A stretch of DNA of 64,000 nucleotides. It comes from Balanoglossus misakiensis (taxonomy: Eukaryota; Animalia; Hemichordata). Positions within the stretch are counted from its first letter, which is position 1. Every line of letters begins with the position of its first letter. Made by a program: the position numbers and the translations under genes. Shown here piece by piece: positions 15,001 through 27,235 of this stretch. The stretch lies in contig CM082587.2 of NCBI GenBank assembly GCA_040954595.2, positions 7,243,705 through 7,307,704 on the forward strand, in the 5' to 3' direction. The notes beneath the pieces are model-generated. The model was not told the origin of the DNA. It made no database searches and worked only from the letters and a program-made list of their open reading frames with translations.

Positions 15001-18000
15001 CTTCACAGTATATTCCTTCGTAACCCGAGGGACACTGACACACCGTGTAATTACCATTGTCTTCTTCTGTACAGAATCCTCCATTCTGACAGTCCAACTG
15101 GAAGCTGGGTTTCTCACATAATGGACCTGCCCGTCAAATAAAACAGAGTTAAAGGGACAAAGTCTCTCTCTCGCTGCCCTTTTTCCATTAATTAGGTCTG
15201 ACACAAGACACCATTTATGTTAATATACATGTGGATATATAGTGAATCACACACACCTTCCATCCCGCTTGTAGACATGAGAGTGAAAAAACCTGCCAAA
15301 ATGAATAATTGGTCTCTACCATTTATTCAATTTGGGCAAGTTTTTACTCTCATATAATACAAGCAGGATGGAAGTTACGTGTGGTTGAACATTCATTCGC
15401 TACGTATACATAATATAAATGGTCTCTTGTACCAAACATAATTAATTGAATAAGAGCAGCAAGAGAGAGACTTTGTCCCTTTAAATGTCTGAGGACTACT
15501 GGAAAATATAGTTATTAAATTAAAATGCAATTCACATCAGATTAAGGTAGTAGGTGCCTTGGTTGGCCAAAAAATGATACAATGTTTTATTTTTTCATGG
15601 CACCTTTTCTGTGTTTTGCACTGTAGAACCACAACCTAACTTCTCCTGTTAAGTTTGTGTTTTTTTTTATTGTTAGCATGTGAAGTTCTTCTCTGTAAAT
15701 TAATACTGAAAACATACCTGTGTCTGTTGTACAGGTGACTCCCGTGTATCTGGATGGACAGTCGCATCGGAAGCCATCATCCAAATCAACACACCTCCCA
15801 CCGTTGGCACACGGATGGCTGAGGCACTGATCAACGTCCGACGGATCATCTGGAAACCAAAGGAGAGAGGACATAAGCTGAGATTTTGGAAGCCATTGTG
15901 AGAAACAACTCGTGTTTTCTACGGCCACAAGTGTAATGTGTATCGTAATGGACTCTTAAATTTAACCCTTTCACCCCCAGTTCCCTCGTTAGAGGTCCCA
16001 ACTTACCACAGAAAACAATGGGTCTGGACTGAACCATGGTGGTGAAAGGGTTAAAGTGAGACTGATCAATGCCTTGGTGCGTTCTACTTAATAAACACGC
16101 ATCAATCCCTAGTCCTATTAAGTGACAGCCATTGTACTGAGTGTAACAGTGTTTTATTGTGTCCCATATACTGTGTATATGTATTGTATATATCCACATA
16201 GACACTGACACAATGACACAGTTACACAACTCTACATGGTGATCGCAGTTTGGGATCAACATGAATAAAGTAGTACAGAATGAAAACCATTACACTACAG
16301 TTGGCCCTTCAACAGCTGAAAATCAGTAAAAAACTTGTAAGGGTCTTCAAAAATGGACATCACCTTTTAATCGACAAATGCCACTTATTTACAAGTGCAA
16401 ACAGTATCAACCAGCTTTCTTTTACTGGATGTTATTAGGAATGCTAACTTACTACTAAATGTATTACTTCTTTCATGTACCTATTACACAACTGTTACAG
16501 TGTTAGCAGCCTCTTAATTTAGCATCAGTAAAGCAAAAAGGATTTGCATGAGGTGTTTAAGCAAGGTCGGTCAGCTTCAATAATGGAGTTAAAAATAACT
16601 TTCAAAGCTGTTTTATTTGTACGGCAAGACTGTAGACACTTGGTAAAATGCTGCATGTGATTAAAGCTAATGCCAGATGTGTATGTACATGTAGGTCACA
16701 TGTGATACTACTATGCAGGACTGTTTTGTGCATACCTATATACTTACCACAACCAACTTGATTGTTAAGGGGACACTGGTCCCACTGTACATGGGTGGAT
16801 GACAGCGCTCGGCTAAGCAAAACCGAAGGCCCTTCTCGTATACATCCCGTGAAATAATCCTGGTAGTCATCTCCATTTCTTTGAACTCCGACATACATCC
16901 CACTGTCTGACACATTTAAATCTAATAAATTACTATTCAACCCGTTTTCCTCCGCGACCACCGCTTGAAAACTTCCAACGGAGAGCGTCACCGTTCCGAG
17001 TCTGTATTGCAAATTAACGGTGTGCCACTGATTGTTGTTTAAGTTATTTCCGAGAGATATCTCGGATGAGGTAGATTGAAGGGCCCAGGTGAGGGCCAGC
17101 CCGCCGCTGCTCTTGTCCAGCGCAAATTTCACACTGTGCAGTGGGTTCATCTGTTTCTTCTGGTATATAAGCGTCCCACCGTTACAAGTTCTGAAACTGA
17201 AACTTGTGTGGTTGCGCATGTTTACGTAGGAGTTGAGAAGTGCCAAGCTGGTGCCATTGAAGTAGCCTTCGCCTTGTGTCTGGCACAAGCCTCTCCCGAG
17301 CAGATCTGCAAGAAAGAAAAAAATACACACAAGAATTCAGTTAGTCATGATGAAGTTACTTGTAGATGGACTGAGACCATGTTAACTCTTTCACCGCCAT
17401 GGTTCAGTCCAAGCCCATTGTTTTCTATGGTATGGTTAGACTCTCTAAAGAGGGAACTGGGGGTGAAAGGGTTAAGGTAGTTCTCACCTCAGGGACAGAT
17501 TTTCAGAATATATATTCCTCAACATCTTTCACCTCTTTGCTATAGATATTGAAATATGTGAGGAGCATTATTGAAAATTGAGAAGAAAACAAGGTGTTTA
17601 CCATCTTGTTTTCACAAAAATCACTATTTGTTCGCAAAAGTTAACACAGAGATCGGCAGCAGTTTTGACATCAAATTTGATACATACATGTACACTAATA
17701 CTTTTTTTAATGACCAGTATTCTACTCTTGTGTCTTAGTTTCAGCTGATTAAAATCTTCTCTAGTGACCTGTAACAAATCTCTAATGAGTTGTGTCATAA
17801 AATTCAATGGTTTGTGCTAATTAGTAAATTACATTAATTGTAATCGGACAGATATCATCATTAGTACATACATGTAATTATCTTGCCATTCAGCTACATG
17901 CCGCGATACACTAGATTACAATCTTTCATCAGTTGTATTATTACAATAGTGATAATTTACTAGTTATTCATGTAAGAAACTGTTAAAACACATAAAAAAT

Positions 18001-21000
18001 TTGGTCTAAAACACACCAGGTATTTTTATTCTAAACTTTGTCCAATAGCCAATTCTGAAAACTGATTGTGTGTATTCACCTGATCTGGCTTGGATTTACA
18101 TGAACACACCTGTTGATTTTAAAATTTGACCAACTACATGTGTCAATGCAGTATATATATTTCAATTCTTATTATAAAACTGGATATTCCCAAATGTTTT
18201 CATGAAGCTACCAACACATTTTACTTTCCGTACAAATCAGCTCTCTAAATGCAGTTTACTGTGACAAAAGTGTAATCGGCATATGAAAACAACATCCGTG
18301 GCCGCTAATCTTTTCACCTCTGATCCTTCTTTAAAAGTCTACAAGTCACCAAGGAATGACAAGCCTTTATGATGTGTGTACACCTGAAACCCCATGCTGT
18401 ATGCTGTGTTTGTCACCATAAAAACGGGTTCATAACAATAAGGGTGCCAAAGTCCGCATAAAGTACACACCTTGAGGGGGGACATTTCAGTTGCTGCATG
18501 TATTGTATATAGCTCCAAGTGGCACTTATGATTTTTATCGTGTTTTTTTTCTTCAAATTTATCAAATCAGGCAACGTATGACAAATCACACTAGCTGTGG
18601 ACAAACACAGAGCATAAATCCCATTTTACCTTTATGCCACTCTGTATTTGGAGAACACTTGTGTTTATGTTTAATGCTTGTATCAAGTGTGTGTCTGCCA
18701 CTTCAATCACTCCCTAGCCTCCATACTTTGTTGACACAAGTATAGGACTAAACTGACCACTTTTGCGAGATTGCAAAAACCTGCATTTCTGAGGTTGATA
18801 GCAAAACTTCAGGTTATCTCACTTTATAAGAAGCTTATTAAATTAATTATCTTTTAATTAAAAAAAAAAAACACTTTTGTAATTTATAGTTTGTGTGCAT
18901 TATTTTTCACTGTGAAAAAACCCAGTAAATTTAAAAGTTTAAAGGTACCAGTCTGGTGGATTTGGGGCCTACTCATACTAGCTGCAATAATTGTAGCCCA
19001 CGGGCCTTTACGTGCTGAGTTGGCAGGCCCGTAGGCTACAATTACTGCAGCTATACTCAATAATACATGACTAAATTTGTACCCACACTGTTGCATCACA
19101 TCAGACCATATCACACCAAGATAGGAACATGTAGTAAAACATTCCAATGGGTTTTCTGTGGTCAAATAGGTCATACCACAATGTACTAGGGTTGAGTAAG
19201 GTTACAATGGGGCAGTATTTTGTGGTGAGAGGGCTTGTAATAGACGCACCCTGCAATTATTTGTAATTTGGCTATGCTTGGAAAGTCAATCACGTCTTGA
19301 GTTGAAAGATACTCTCTTCCTGTGGATCGATGTTCTAACCCAGATTGTTTTGAAAATTGCAAATACCAGAAGTCTGACGTCACCGGAAATTGTAATCTTC
19401 CTCAATTGAAATATGAACAGTATGAATGATACATGCATTTTAAAGAAGAGACACTTTAACTTTCCTTGTGATAATAACAAAAATTTTATACGAAAATCAT
19501 GACATTTTTGTATCATTCTGTTATACAGAAACTGAGGAAATCAATTGTCAGTAAGGATGCTTAAATTATTTATATCAGATTTTATGCAGAATATGGCTGG
19601 CAGCAAGCATGCAAACACATGGCTGAATCTACATATATCTAATGGCTAGTATAAATCCTCATTTTTATCAGCAATAACAATATTTTCTGTATCCCACTTG
19701 ACATCATGAAAGGAAATTGTTAAAACTGCAACAAGGAAGCAATTAGGCTATTTTCAATTATATAGCCAAATAAAGTGCTTAGAACTTTATATCTTGATTA
19801 TTGTCGATACCACAAAATGGAATTCCTATTGTCTTAGCAACCTTTGTTTAGAGTTACTTTCCATGGTGGGAAATTATCATGACTTGACATTTGGATGGTA
19901 CTGGTATCAAAACCATTATCATGTGTCAAAGGTCACGACAATGACATCATGGGAAATTTGAAGGCTGTGTCCAATCAGGTGACAGGCGCTGTAATTACTG
20001 GTAAAATACTGATTCAGAAATAACAATAATGCAACTCAGGAAAATACTTCCTTCAGTTTCCATGAGGAATTGTTAGCTTTTTTTCTAAAATGAATTACAT
20101 TGATATTGCAGTATAAACTACAATTGCATCAAAATAGTTTTTTGATAAGTTTAGTTGAGACAGGGCAGTATACAGATCAAGCCATGAACATCTAATTCAA
20201 CGCCGCATTCCATGGTAAATATGTAACCCCAACAAGAGAGTTCAAACAACCTGATACTGGCTGTCCAGACAAGATAAGGTGTCGCAGGGCTATTTCTGGA
20301 AACGTGCAAAATCATGCCATTTCAAACATGTCTTTTATAAAACATAACATGCTCTCTTTCATATACATGTATAAATATATTTTGAAATATGAAAAATTAT
20401 ACTTCCTATCAGAGAAATATGAAATGAAGTTACAATGGACACACAGTGACTTTGCTGTCATTTCATTAAGCATATATTATTCTACATAGACCAATTTAAC
20501 TACAATTAAAAGAGATATCTGGGATTAATTATCAAACTTCAATCAATGCCAGTACTATGTTATTAAACTATAAATGGATTTGATTAATAATTGTAATGTG
20601 ACCAGCCAGGATGGTTAGTTCTTTAATTTCAACCCTACTGTGGTATGCTGTGAATTCCCACTAATTATTGAAAATAATCCTGTTCCTTATTGGTGCACAT
20701 TCCCATGAGATCAGATTTACTTTTGCAAAGGAAACCTGAATAGAGTAGATAATTGTATGGATTCAAGTCACAGAGAGTAGATAGATACATACTCAATGCC
20801 AACTATGCTACGTGACCTTTGAACTTGAACTGGTACTGTACATCACTGGAAGATAATGCTGTACTTGTTTCTCAGCTCAGTATACCAGGTTCATATTTAA
20901 TTTATGTCATGCTGGCAATACATACATCTTTTCAACAATAAAATCACTGCTTTCATTTTCAATCTTTACCTTAATTCCACTACTTTTATATTTCAAAATG

Positions 21001-21800
21001 TTTTGTTAATGAAGAGAGATAGATTAAAATATTACAATCTAGTCCATTTCAATATGAATATCACTTTCATCTTACTGTGCAGAACAGATGACTATGATCA
21101 AATTTCCGACATTTCTGGGGTTATAATTGGAAAGAAAAATCAAAACATGCCTGCCCTGGCGACGATGAGCTTTTTTGTTGTGTGCTACTGTTGTTGTTGT
21201 TTTGCGTCCCCTTGAAAGTTTGTTTTCGAAAACTGAAAGTGTCAACGTGAACTTGAAACATTCAATCAAAGTGGGTTGGGTGTTATGGTTCATTAGCCAT
21301 CCGCTGGTATGAACGCGCCTTGAACGATGTTTACGTTTTATACGCCCCGATTTTCACACCTTCAATTATTTACTCCCATAATATTTTAAGCGGACATTCA
21401 CACCCGTTGTGTAAACTGACTCTACTGAGCAATCCGTTCATATTATTTTGAAGTATCGCTCAGAATCGCAGTCTCTCATTTCCTGTCGCGCGCGAGTCGA
21501 GTCAACATCACACGATCGGATCATGTTCGAAGGTGCGAGTCCAAAACAAGTACAGTCCTACCAAACGATCGCAGGGCATTCTATCAAACACATACTTATT
21601 CCGAAGCTTTCTCATTCGTAAGAGCACAATTTTGACGACAATATCAAAATTGGCTGTACGATCGAGTGATGTTTATATTTCGTTTAATACGCTAGCGTCG
21701 TACACACCTACATACGTAACGCTGGGCTTCAGGCAAATACTTCGAATACCTGCTACCACTTACCTGAACAAAGAAGGCCGAAAAACCACAGTAGCCACAT
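1..21800 (-). CDS. crb: Crumbs-family protein (signal peptide, N-terminal LamG, >20 EGF repeats, further LamG/EGF blocks); 3' end outside the window
   Basis: Exons rebuilt by hand, all GT-AG and phase-consistent: 21764-21800 (MWLLWFFGLLCS), 16748-17305 (LamG), 15718-15849, 14902-15126, 13815-14168, 6108-6221, 5935-6019, 5104-5483, 3972-4860, 2234-3588, 1128-1904, <1-785. Contains the Crumbs-type extended EGF (CLQRSNQTLY...FSYESAAGYYCLCQPGF) followed by LamG domains separated by EGFs. The TM and ERLI tail are not visible. Confidence 0.88.
5935..6019 (-). CDS. crb: Small crumbs EGF exon absent from the ORF track (DGANCIDIDECLSSPCKNGANCQNRDN)
   Basis: 85-nt exon with ag/gt boundaries. It is the phase 1-to-2 bridge required between exon 6108-6221 (ends phase 1) and exon 5104-5483 (starts phase 2). 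Confidence 0.9.
10348..10423 (-). CDS. Candidate alternative first coding exon of crumbs (signal-peptide-like MSPTAKRKFSVEVIFFIAVSCLLAQG)
   Basis: ATG with A at -3, 25 codons + 1 nt, and a strong donor AAG|GTAAGG in phase 1 that matches the phase-1 acceptor at 6221. The peptide has a basic n-region and a hydrophobic core. Confidence 0.55.
15153..15480. mobile_element. Non-autonomous TIR element (MITE family A, TTAA TSD, Kolobok-like)
   Basis: TTAA|AGGGACAAAGTCTCTCTCT...AGAGAGAGACTTTGTCCCT|TTAA, largely palindromic. Related copies at ~25129, ~26890 and ~42540. Confidence 0.85.
15966..16050. mobile_element. 85-bp piggyBac-like MITE
   Basis: TTAA|CCCTTTCACC...GGTGAAAGGG|TTAA; related copies at 17386-17471 and 62571-62665. 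Confidence 0.75.
17386..17471. mobile_element. piggyBac-like MITE, same family as 15966-16050, opposite orientation
   Basis: TTAA|CTCTTTCACC...GGTGAAAGGG|TTAA; internal sequence is the reverse complement of the 15966 copy. Confidence 0.75.
18979..19053. mobile_element. 75-bp hairpin MITE with TAG...CTA ends and 3-bp TSD (Academ-like ends)
   Basis: TAC|TAGCTGCAATAATTGTAGCCCACGGGCC...GGCCCGTAGGCTACAATTACTGCAGCTA|TAC. Confidence 0.65.
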
Positions 21801-22252
21801 CTTTAAGAAAGTTTCTCAAACTACTCCCGCGAGAGAGATCGGTTTTCTCTGATGCAAGTTATGCCATGTTAGGATTTCGCAAACGATCCCGTCAGATATA
21901 TCCGTCATAGTACCGTTGCCTTCATAAGAACTCTGTGTGACCTCCCAAGATCTTTTTCATCGGGTTTCAAACAAGTCACGTGATACAGGTAGATAGGTGG
22001 GTCAACTTGGCAAGGTCAAAGGTTAACCTCTCCTGAACCACCTGAGTAGTACCGCACCACGGTCACTGGCAAGAAGAAGTCATAGCTGTTAGCAGCCGGT
22101 GAATTCAATAACGGTGCATCTGCCAAGCCGATGGCATTGTAGTGTTGACTTCGACGGAATACCAATAGCTGTAAACGAATCTTGCCTGCCGCAGCTTCAA
22201 ACGTGACAGTTCGGTTGATTCCGTAAAACGTCGCCAATCTTCGGATGGCAAT
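21801..22252. promoter_or_regulatory. Probable bidirectional promoter/5' UTR region between crumbs and MRPS2
   Basis: Divergent ATGs with only 452 bp between them; E-box GTCACGTGA at 21975-21983; YY1-like AATATGGCG overlapping the MRPS2 ATG; CpG-richer than the flanking introns. Confidence 0.65.
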
Positions 22253-23764
22253 ATGGCGACTACCATGTTGAAAATGAGGTGGTGCACAAAACCTCTCTCG
22301 TCGGCGTTCCACGGGAGCTTTTTGTCTGGGTTATTCGGTGAGTTAGAACGTTGACGACGTACTATATCAGTGTCTGTTCATTTTAATCGAAATAGTGTGC
22401 AAAGTAATGGTTCTCCCCCGATAAGTAAACAACATACAACATTCTATGGAGTGACCGTGATTCTACACGTGGGTCAGGATGAAATCGTCAGGACAGGAGG
22501 AATGTACTGTACGCTGAATTTGGATCATTCGTGACTACATATTCGACATTACTGATAACTACAAGTGGATTTGTCATCAAATATGTCCGATCCGCACGTT
22601 TCTCTGCAAGTCAATCAAATTCAGATTTACCAAATGGCAAATGCTTCTTTTCAGATGTCATGTCAAGCCAAAAACTGTGTACTCAAGTGAGGCAGTTGTC
22701 ATCATCAAAGCTGATGAATTTCGCCATCCCTGCTGCAGATGTGCAAGTACCACAGTCAAAACCCAGTAAGTTGGATTTGTCATTTGTGAGTGTGGTCATT
22801 GAGACATAAGCATTACTCCAGAGTTCATGATTGGTTGTTTGGAGAATGCAAAATATTCAATGTGCTTGTATTTTCCTTCATTGGTTGTAGATGAGGACAT
22901 GACTTTATCAAGTTAATGTACTCAGATGAATAAGATGAATAAAATTGCTAACATGTATTCAATATTTTCAAGTACAAACTATCAACTCTCGTAATTGTAT
23001 ACCCAAACTACCAGCAAAAAAAGTTGGTTTGATGTGGTTTTGCAATATCCGAATTTCAGCATCATTTTTAACTTGCTAACATTTCCTTTGGTTTTGTAAC
23101 AGGTAGCCATGAACAATCCACAAAGGTAGTAGACCCACTTCAGCATCCTGACTTCTTTGAAGTGAATAAGATGTTCACAATGGGAGATTTATTTGCTGCT
23201 AAAGTTCATTTGGGACACAAAACGGGACTACTGAACGCCCACATGAAGAAGTACATCTTCGGCGTCCGACAGAAAGTGTGCGTATTCGACCTCCGTCAAA
23301 CGGTGGAGCACCTCCGACTGGCGCTGAACGTAACCGCCCACATTGCGTACCGGGAAGGCATCATCATGTTCGTCAGCCGATCGTTGCAGTTTACGCATCT
23401 CGTGGAGAGGACGGCGCAGGAGTGCGGCGAGTTCGCCCACACCCGCTACTGGCAGGGCGGCTGCTTCACGAACGCTCTCAAGCAGTACGGGCCCGAGACC
23501 AAGCTGCCGGACTTGATCATCCTGCTCAGCACGCAGAACAACGTCTTCCAGGAGCACACGGCGGTGCGCGACGCCGCCAAGATGAACATCCCCACCGTCA
23601 GCGTCGTGGACTCGTCTTCCAATCCCAACCTCATCACGTACCCGGTGCCGGGCAACGACGACACTCCCGAAGCGGTTGAACTGTATTGCAGACTGTTTAA
23701 GGAAGCTGTATTGAAGGGGAAACAGGCTAGGCTTGAAAGGAGTGGCAAGAACACCGCGCAATGA
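22253..23764 (+). CDS. MRPS2: Mitochondrial small ribosomal subunit protein uS2m (285 aa)
   Basis: Exons 22253-22337, 22655-22765 and 23103-23764 are phase-consistent. Basic, Ser-rich presequence-like N-terminus; motifs PLQHPDFFEV, LFAAKVHLGHK, AHTRYWQGG and ITYPVPGNDD. Confidence 0.95.
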
Positions 23765-25042
23765 TTGTAATGTTCTCTCTGGCTCACAACATCCCCGATT
23801 TTCAATAATTCAGAATAAATTGAATCCATGGAACTAAGGTTGTGAGAACTACATGTACATACATTAATAATTATTCATGTGTAGTAAATAATCACCCTGC
23901 ATGACATAGTAGAATGATGACTCACTCCTGATAATGAGTCAGTGTAACTGTTATAGTTTGTAATATTGATTGGTAGGAAATATACTGAGATAAGAAATTC
24001 ATTTTTAAAACGTGTTGCTTATTTCTTTCCTTTTTTTTTGGGGGGGGGGGTTTGAGGTTTTCAATGATTTCTCATCTCTACTGTAGAACAAAACTTCAAC
24101 CAGCGTGAGCAACAAAGCTGTCAGCAGCATGCAATCGATTTCTCTGGCTGTTACCACGCGGACAGTAATGAGTGAAAGGAGGTGACGATCATGATTGTGC
24201 AAGAGTACAGGGTGAAATTTGATCCAACATCATACATGTACTAGTATGACATTAGCCACCACCAGAGGGCGCTGTCACAGGACGGAGGCATTCTCAAAAT
24301 ATAAATTTGCAGTGACTGACATCATCCCCATGATCCCTGTGTGTTCAAATGCAAAATGGTGATGTTTGATTATGTGTTTTTTTTGCTGAAAAATGACAAG
24401 CGGCCTAAATGGTTCGCAATGGCCGATGGAGCTCTGCTGTTACTTTGTAAGGCTGCACACAGGGCTAATGGTCCTCCATACTATCACACCCAGTTAAGTT
24501 TAACATAAGTCTGCAGATGAGTAAACGCTATCGTTTTTTTTCTGGAAAATACTAAACAATTTATACTAGTATGTCACGCAGCAAAATGGTTTGGTGTTTG
24601 GAATTGAAGCGCACTTCCCAAACCCATACCGATTATACAGTGTCGAGTGCCGTCGCGTCTCAAACTATGCGAAAAACTTCAGATGATATCGATAGGGGGG
24701 GGGGGGAGGGGTAGTGAGTTCCAGAAAACATTTCTGTGTAAAATGATTCTCGTCGATTCTTTCCTATTTGTTTTTGTGTGAGCCTTTTTCTTTCGTTCCC
24801 TTCCCTCGTCGTTTCCCGTCTGCAGTCATGATCGACGTATGTGGTACGCCCTCTCGTGGTGAATGTGGATTTCTGCGTTGACCTCACTTTTGCCATACTA
24901 ATAAGTGTAGGATGACAAAAGTTCCAAAACGATTTTGTCATAGTTTGTCAAAATACCCTTGCATAACAAAATATCAACCCTCCCCAAAAACACCTGTTAT
25001 CTGATTCAAATACTGTTTTCTTTATTTCTGCAGGTGAAAGAG

Positions 25043-25098
25043 TGAGAGAGAGAGAGAGAGAGGGAGGGAGGGAGGGAGAGAGAGAGGGGGGGGGGGGT
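25043..25098. repeat. (GA)n/(GGGA)n/poly-G simple repeat
   Basis: Directly visible purine-rich microsatellite. Confidence 0.85.
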
Positions 25099-25128
25099 CT
25101 GATCCGAACTGTGAAGCAAGGCCGTTAA

Positions 25129-25478
25129 AGGGACAAAGTCTCTCTCTCGCTGCCCTTTTTTCCATTAATTATATTTGATACAAGACACCGTTTATGTTAT
25201 TCTACATGTGGATATATAGTGAATGAACGTTCAACCATACACAACTTCCATCCCGTTTGTATGATATGACAGTAAAAACTCGCCCAAAATGAATAAATGG
25301 TAAACACCGATTATTCATTTTGGCGAGTTTTTCACTCTTGTGTCTACAAGTGGGATGGAAGTTGTGTGTGGTTGAACGTTGATTCTCTGTATATCCACAT
25401 GTAGAATAATATAAACAGTGTCTTGTGTCAAACATTATTAATGGAAAAAGGGCAGTGAGAGAGAGACTTTGTCTCTTT
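25129..25478. mobile_element. MITE family A copy
   Basis: TTAA|AGGGACAAAGTCTCTCTCTCGCTGCCC...GAGAGACTTTGTCTCT..TTAA; long internal inverted arms. Confidence 0.8.
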
Positions 25479-26889
25479 TTAAGCTAAAGGTTGCGGGATT
25501 GTAAACACAGACAGCATAGAATACGGGCAGTAGAAACTCAGGCTCGTGGCGCATTGCTGTGATACAGTCGTATTTACTATGTGGAATGTACCAGTTATAT
25601 TTCCTATTCAATCAAGAATCATTGTACATACATGATCCTTGTGGAAATATGCGACCGTGTTTTATGGCCGCACTTTCACAGAAACCGGATTTTTTGTGAT
25701 AGACAAGTCATATATTAAATACGACTGTGTCACAGCAGTCAGCAATTCGCTACAGGCCTGTGACCACAATTACTTCTCTGTTTTGCCGTTCCAGCAACCG
25801 ACGTTCACCGTACTCAGGTAGATTGTGGCCACAGAGACACGTCATCTTTTAGCGATGCTATTGCACACAAGAAATAGCACAGCCAAAAAATGTCAAAAAC
25901 TAACTTGTAAAAAGCTAGCCAAATAGAAACATTCAAGAAACCAATGCTCTATACATGTATACCGTAAGTCATCACTGAAATGAAAGTACACAGCTAGAAA
26001 TTAAAAGAAAACACACAAACGTCATTTCGCAATAGATGAACATTTTTTATGAGCGGTACGTACGCGGAGTCTGCCATCTCCTGTTATTCCACCGCGACAG
26101 GTCGGATTTCGATTTGTTCAGTAAGTCGAGTCCGTATCCAGTCTTTAAAAGTCGACCATAAAATCATTCCCGGTCAGGCGAAAAGTTGCCCTTGCGTATT
26201 TCGAACTGTGATCTCTTGTACCCCTAGACAGCAATGAATCACTAGCTATACCGGAGCAACCACTTGAATTACTACACAGTATGACCCAACATGTGCCATT
26301 TGAAACATGTTTGCAGAATGATGAACTATAGACCTACCCACATGTTTCCTCAGATACGTGAGAATCACCCACATTTTATATTTTGGAAAGACCTCGACAT
26401 TAACTGTGGAAAAGTCATCATTATTTCGCCTGTGTGTGTAATGGCACATTTTTCTGAAACAATAGATTGGATATCGCATTATAAAATACAAGTTTGTTTT
26501 CTGTCCTGAGTAGAGAGTTGGTGGGCATAATGGTCCCCAAAGGCATCTAAAGATAAAATGCGAAATAAAAGGGTTTGTGTTGACGCGTGCATGATTTATA
26601 GGGCTTGGGTCGTGCAAACCAACTTAGAAACCTCCTTTGCTGAGCGAATGGTTTGCTTTATTGCAATAATACGTGTTATGAGTTGGAATACCACAAATTC
26701 AAAAACTGTTTTCTGTCCTGAGTCGCCAGTACTGATGTTGGACACAAGGAGTGGGCCATTTGATATTCTGGGCAGGAGATCTCGAAAATTCAGAATGATT
26801 GTACTGTGCATGTGCATTTTCACGCCAATTATTTTTTCCCTGGCAGCCTGTCAGATATGTAAAATACACCTATTACCGTGGCTTCTTAA

Positions 26890-27235
26890 ATGGGACAAAG
26901 TCTCTCTCTCGCTGCCCTTTTTTCCATTAATTATATTTCACCGTTTGTTATTCTACATGTGGCTATATAGTGAATGAACGTTCAACCACACACAACTTCC
27001 ATCCCTCTTATAGACAGGAGAGTGAAAAAACTTGGCAAAATGAATAATCGTTCTTTACCATTTATTCATTTTGGGCGAGTTTTTACTCTCATAATTATTA
27101 TCATACAAGTGGGATGGAAGTTGTTTGTGGTTGAACGTTCATTCACTACATATACACATGTACATTAACATAAACAGTGTCTTGTATCAAACATAATTGA
27201 TGGAAAAAGGGCTGCGTGGGAGAGACTTCGTCCCT
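26890..27235. mobile_element. MITE family A copy
   Basis: GGGACAAAGTCTCTCTCTCGCTGCCC...GAGACTTCGTCCCT|TTAA. Confidence 0.8.

Noticed and set aside
1-17305. Notch, fibropellin or eyes shut (EYS) identity for the EGF gene
   Set aside because: LamG domains interspersed after the EGF run and the Crumbs-type extended EGF fit Crumbs; no LNR, ankyrin, CUB or avidin domains are seen.
23162-23764. Bacterial rpsB by horizontal transfer, or a retrocopy
   Set aside because: Two upstream spliced exons encode a presequence-like N-terminus, and the motifs are those of metazoan MRPS2.
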